A stretch of 64,000 bases of DNA from Styela clava (lineage: Eukaryota), in NCBI RefSeq assembly GCF_964204865.1, contig NC_135263.1, positions 2,852,001 to 2,916,000 of the forward strand, written 5' to 3'. Below, piece by piece: positions 62,187-64,000 of this stretch. Numbering within the stretch: position 1 is the first letter of the stretch; each line of letters opens with the position of its first letter. A model generated the notes under the pieces. That model was not told the DNA's origin. It worked only from the letters and a program-made list of their open reading frames with translations, and did not search any database. Both the position numbers and the translations under genes were made by a program.

Positions 62187-64000
62187 GGCTCGTCTAGCTT
62201 TCGGCTTTGATTGTATGCCGTGTAGATACTGGCTGCCGTCAGATCAATCAAATCTAAATAATAAATATATATCTAATCGTCCGACCCATGTACAAGTTGA
62301 TCTATTATTAGATGTTTATATGTTAATGCGAATATTTAAAATTTTCTACTTTGACATTTGCGTAGGCCGTATAGGCGTAGACGTAGAGTATACAAAATTC
62401 TAACACAGGTTATTTTGAAGAAGAAGAAATTAGAAAAACTACTACTCAATTCGGCTGTATTTTCCTAACACCAAAGTTCCGTTTACCAATAAAGTAATGA
62501 AAAAGAATTACCTGCAAAAAACTCCAAAGCGTACAATGTTCTGCGATGGGGATTATTGCAATTTATGCAACATCTCTCGATTTTGCATACCCAGTCCATG
62601 AGCAATAAAACAGCTGTTACAATTAGTCTCAGGATAGCGGATACTACAAGAAGCCAAAACACGACGAGTTCATCAACTTCTTGTTCTAAAATAAGATTTA
62701 TCATTTAAATTCAATTCATATATTCTGCAGAAATGATTAGATGCGCACGATTTAAGCATTGTCACATATAAAGTAACGCTGTAGCAATGGTTAAATTAGC
62801 TCGAAGAGTCCTAGATTAGTTAGAAGTATACAAATATGCCTTACCGAACTCTTTGCATTCATTATTCTGACCAAGATCAACGCAAACTGTGCAATTTCCT
62901 TTGGTTACAGTACAGTTGACTTCGTTCCCAGCTCCGCAGTAATCAGATAATCCTTGGGTTATTGTATCATTCACAGTAACCAGCCATCTATTGGAGAATA
63001 TGGAGTAGATTATCATAATCAGGTTTCCTACAGGTACTACTCTATGCGCGATTTTAGATTTCCAGTCATTGCCACACTTGCAATATTTCGTTGAGCAGTT
63101 GAACTCGAAACAGCATAAAGACGGCATGCTTTTTAATTTAGGATATTTTATGTAATAAATACCTGTTAATACGAATAAAGTATTTAGTTTCCAAATATGA
63201 TTTATTGGAAACTCATGCATGGGTTAAATAGGGCAGTGGGGCCAGCTTTTTCTAACGAACCTGATATTTCATAACAAGAAATTTTAAAAAATCTCGCGAC
63301 TCAAGGACATTCTCCAAGACTAAACGGCATGTAATACTTTAATGGTCGTAAAATTGCATGACTAAGATATATTCATCATTTTTACATTATATCATGAACT
63401 CGAAGTAAAAAAGCTGCATTTGTTTATCATCAGCGAATTTTTGAAATCGCAGTGTGGCTTAACTTAAGCAAAAAATGAGTTCCTAAATTTTTACGTGGTA
63501 ATACTTCCCGCATATGCAATTACTATGGGGCAATATTCCAACATCAAATATTGCATAAAAAAAGTTATTTTAGATTTTTTATATAAACCAGTTACGCGAA
63601 ATAGATTTTGATTTTCGTGCCACCCAGTTTTGGGCGGTGACCCGTAGGCTGGGAAACATTGATAACATAGTGTATATCTAATTTTAATGTGAGTATATAT
63701 TGCCACGAATTTGTAGAAGAATTGCATTGGCTTGCAAAACTAGAAATTTATATATTGAACTTCACTAAATATGAAAATTTTGGAAACTATTTTACACTAT
63801 TTTTAAAGTGTTTTTTTTTTAACTACATGCAAACTTTTCTTTAAAAATGTTATACAGACATCAAACCGTGCACTTTATATAGATAGAAAATTCCTAACAC
63901 GCTCAAATAACTCATTTTTCAGTGCCAAATACATTTTATATTTTCGAGAACATATTGTACTAATCTAGATTTAGTAAAAATTGATGCCTTGCATATGGCA

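Larger units (their letters stand above)
56613..63127 (-). pseudogene. Gene C: claudin/PMP22/EMP-superfamily tetraspan protein (~221 aa), last exon interrupted by the L1/Tx1 insertion
   Basis: Exon1 63127-62845 (TM1, W..QGLSDYC..C loop). Exon2 62685-62512 (TM2, start of TM3). Exon3 62253-62185 (DLIDLTAASIYTAYNQSRKLDEP) resumes at 56750-56613 (FGASFIVTW...*). Introns are GT-AG, phase 1, and the frame is restored when the element is removed and two A's are kept. Confidence 0.85.

Noticed and set aside
62185-62260. Sequence-specific Tx1 target (snRNA, tRNA, rRNA or microsatellite)
   Set aside because: The flank is a protein-coding exon, and the flanks of the two copies share no sequence.

Overview
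AT-rich, intron-rich animal genomic DNA. The short introns, lectin type and MITE repertoire suggest an invertebrate deuterostome, probably an ascidian (inference only). Three host genes can be rebuilt by hand, all on the minus strand. (A) A 12-exon, apparently intact ~435-aa protein (18663->10497) with N-terminal ribonuclease-inhibitor-like LRRs and a C-terminal RHIM-like N/G-rich motif pair. (B) A disabled mucin-stalk plus tandem C-type-lectin gene (50608->47725). (C) A 3-exon claudin/PMP22-superfamily tetraspan gene (63127->56613) whose last exon is split by a young, intact, antisense L1/Tx1-clade retrotransposon (56751-62184). That element's ORF1 ends in an unusual array of about five Cys zinc-ribbon modules, and its ATG in the ORF track (56738) actually lies in host exon sequence. 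The rest is nested transposons: a 5'-truncated second copy of the L1/Tx1 element, a CACTG-ended EnSpm/CMC element, Kolobok and P-element relics, and many hAT, mariner and foldback MITEs. There is also a recent ~5-6.7 kb tandem duplication overlying older repeats. Most short ORFs in the supplied track are spurious. All gene models were built by eye and no database search was run.
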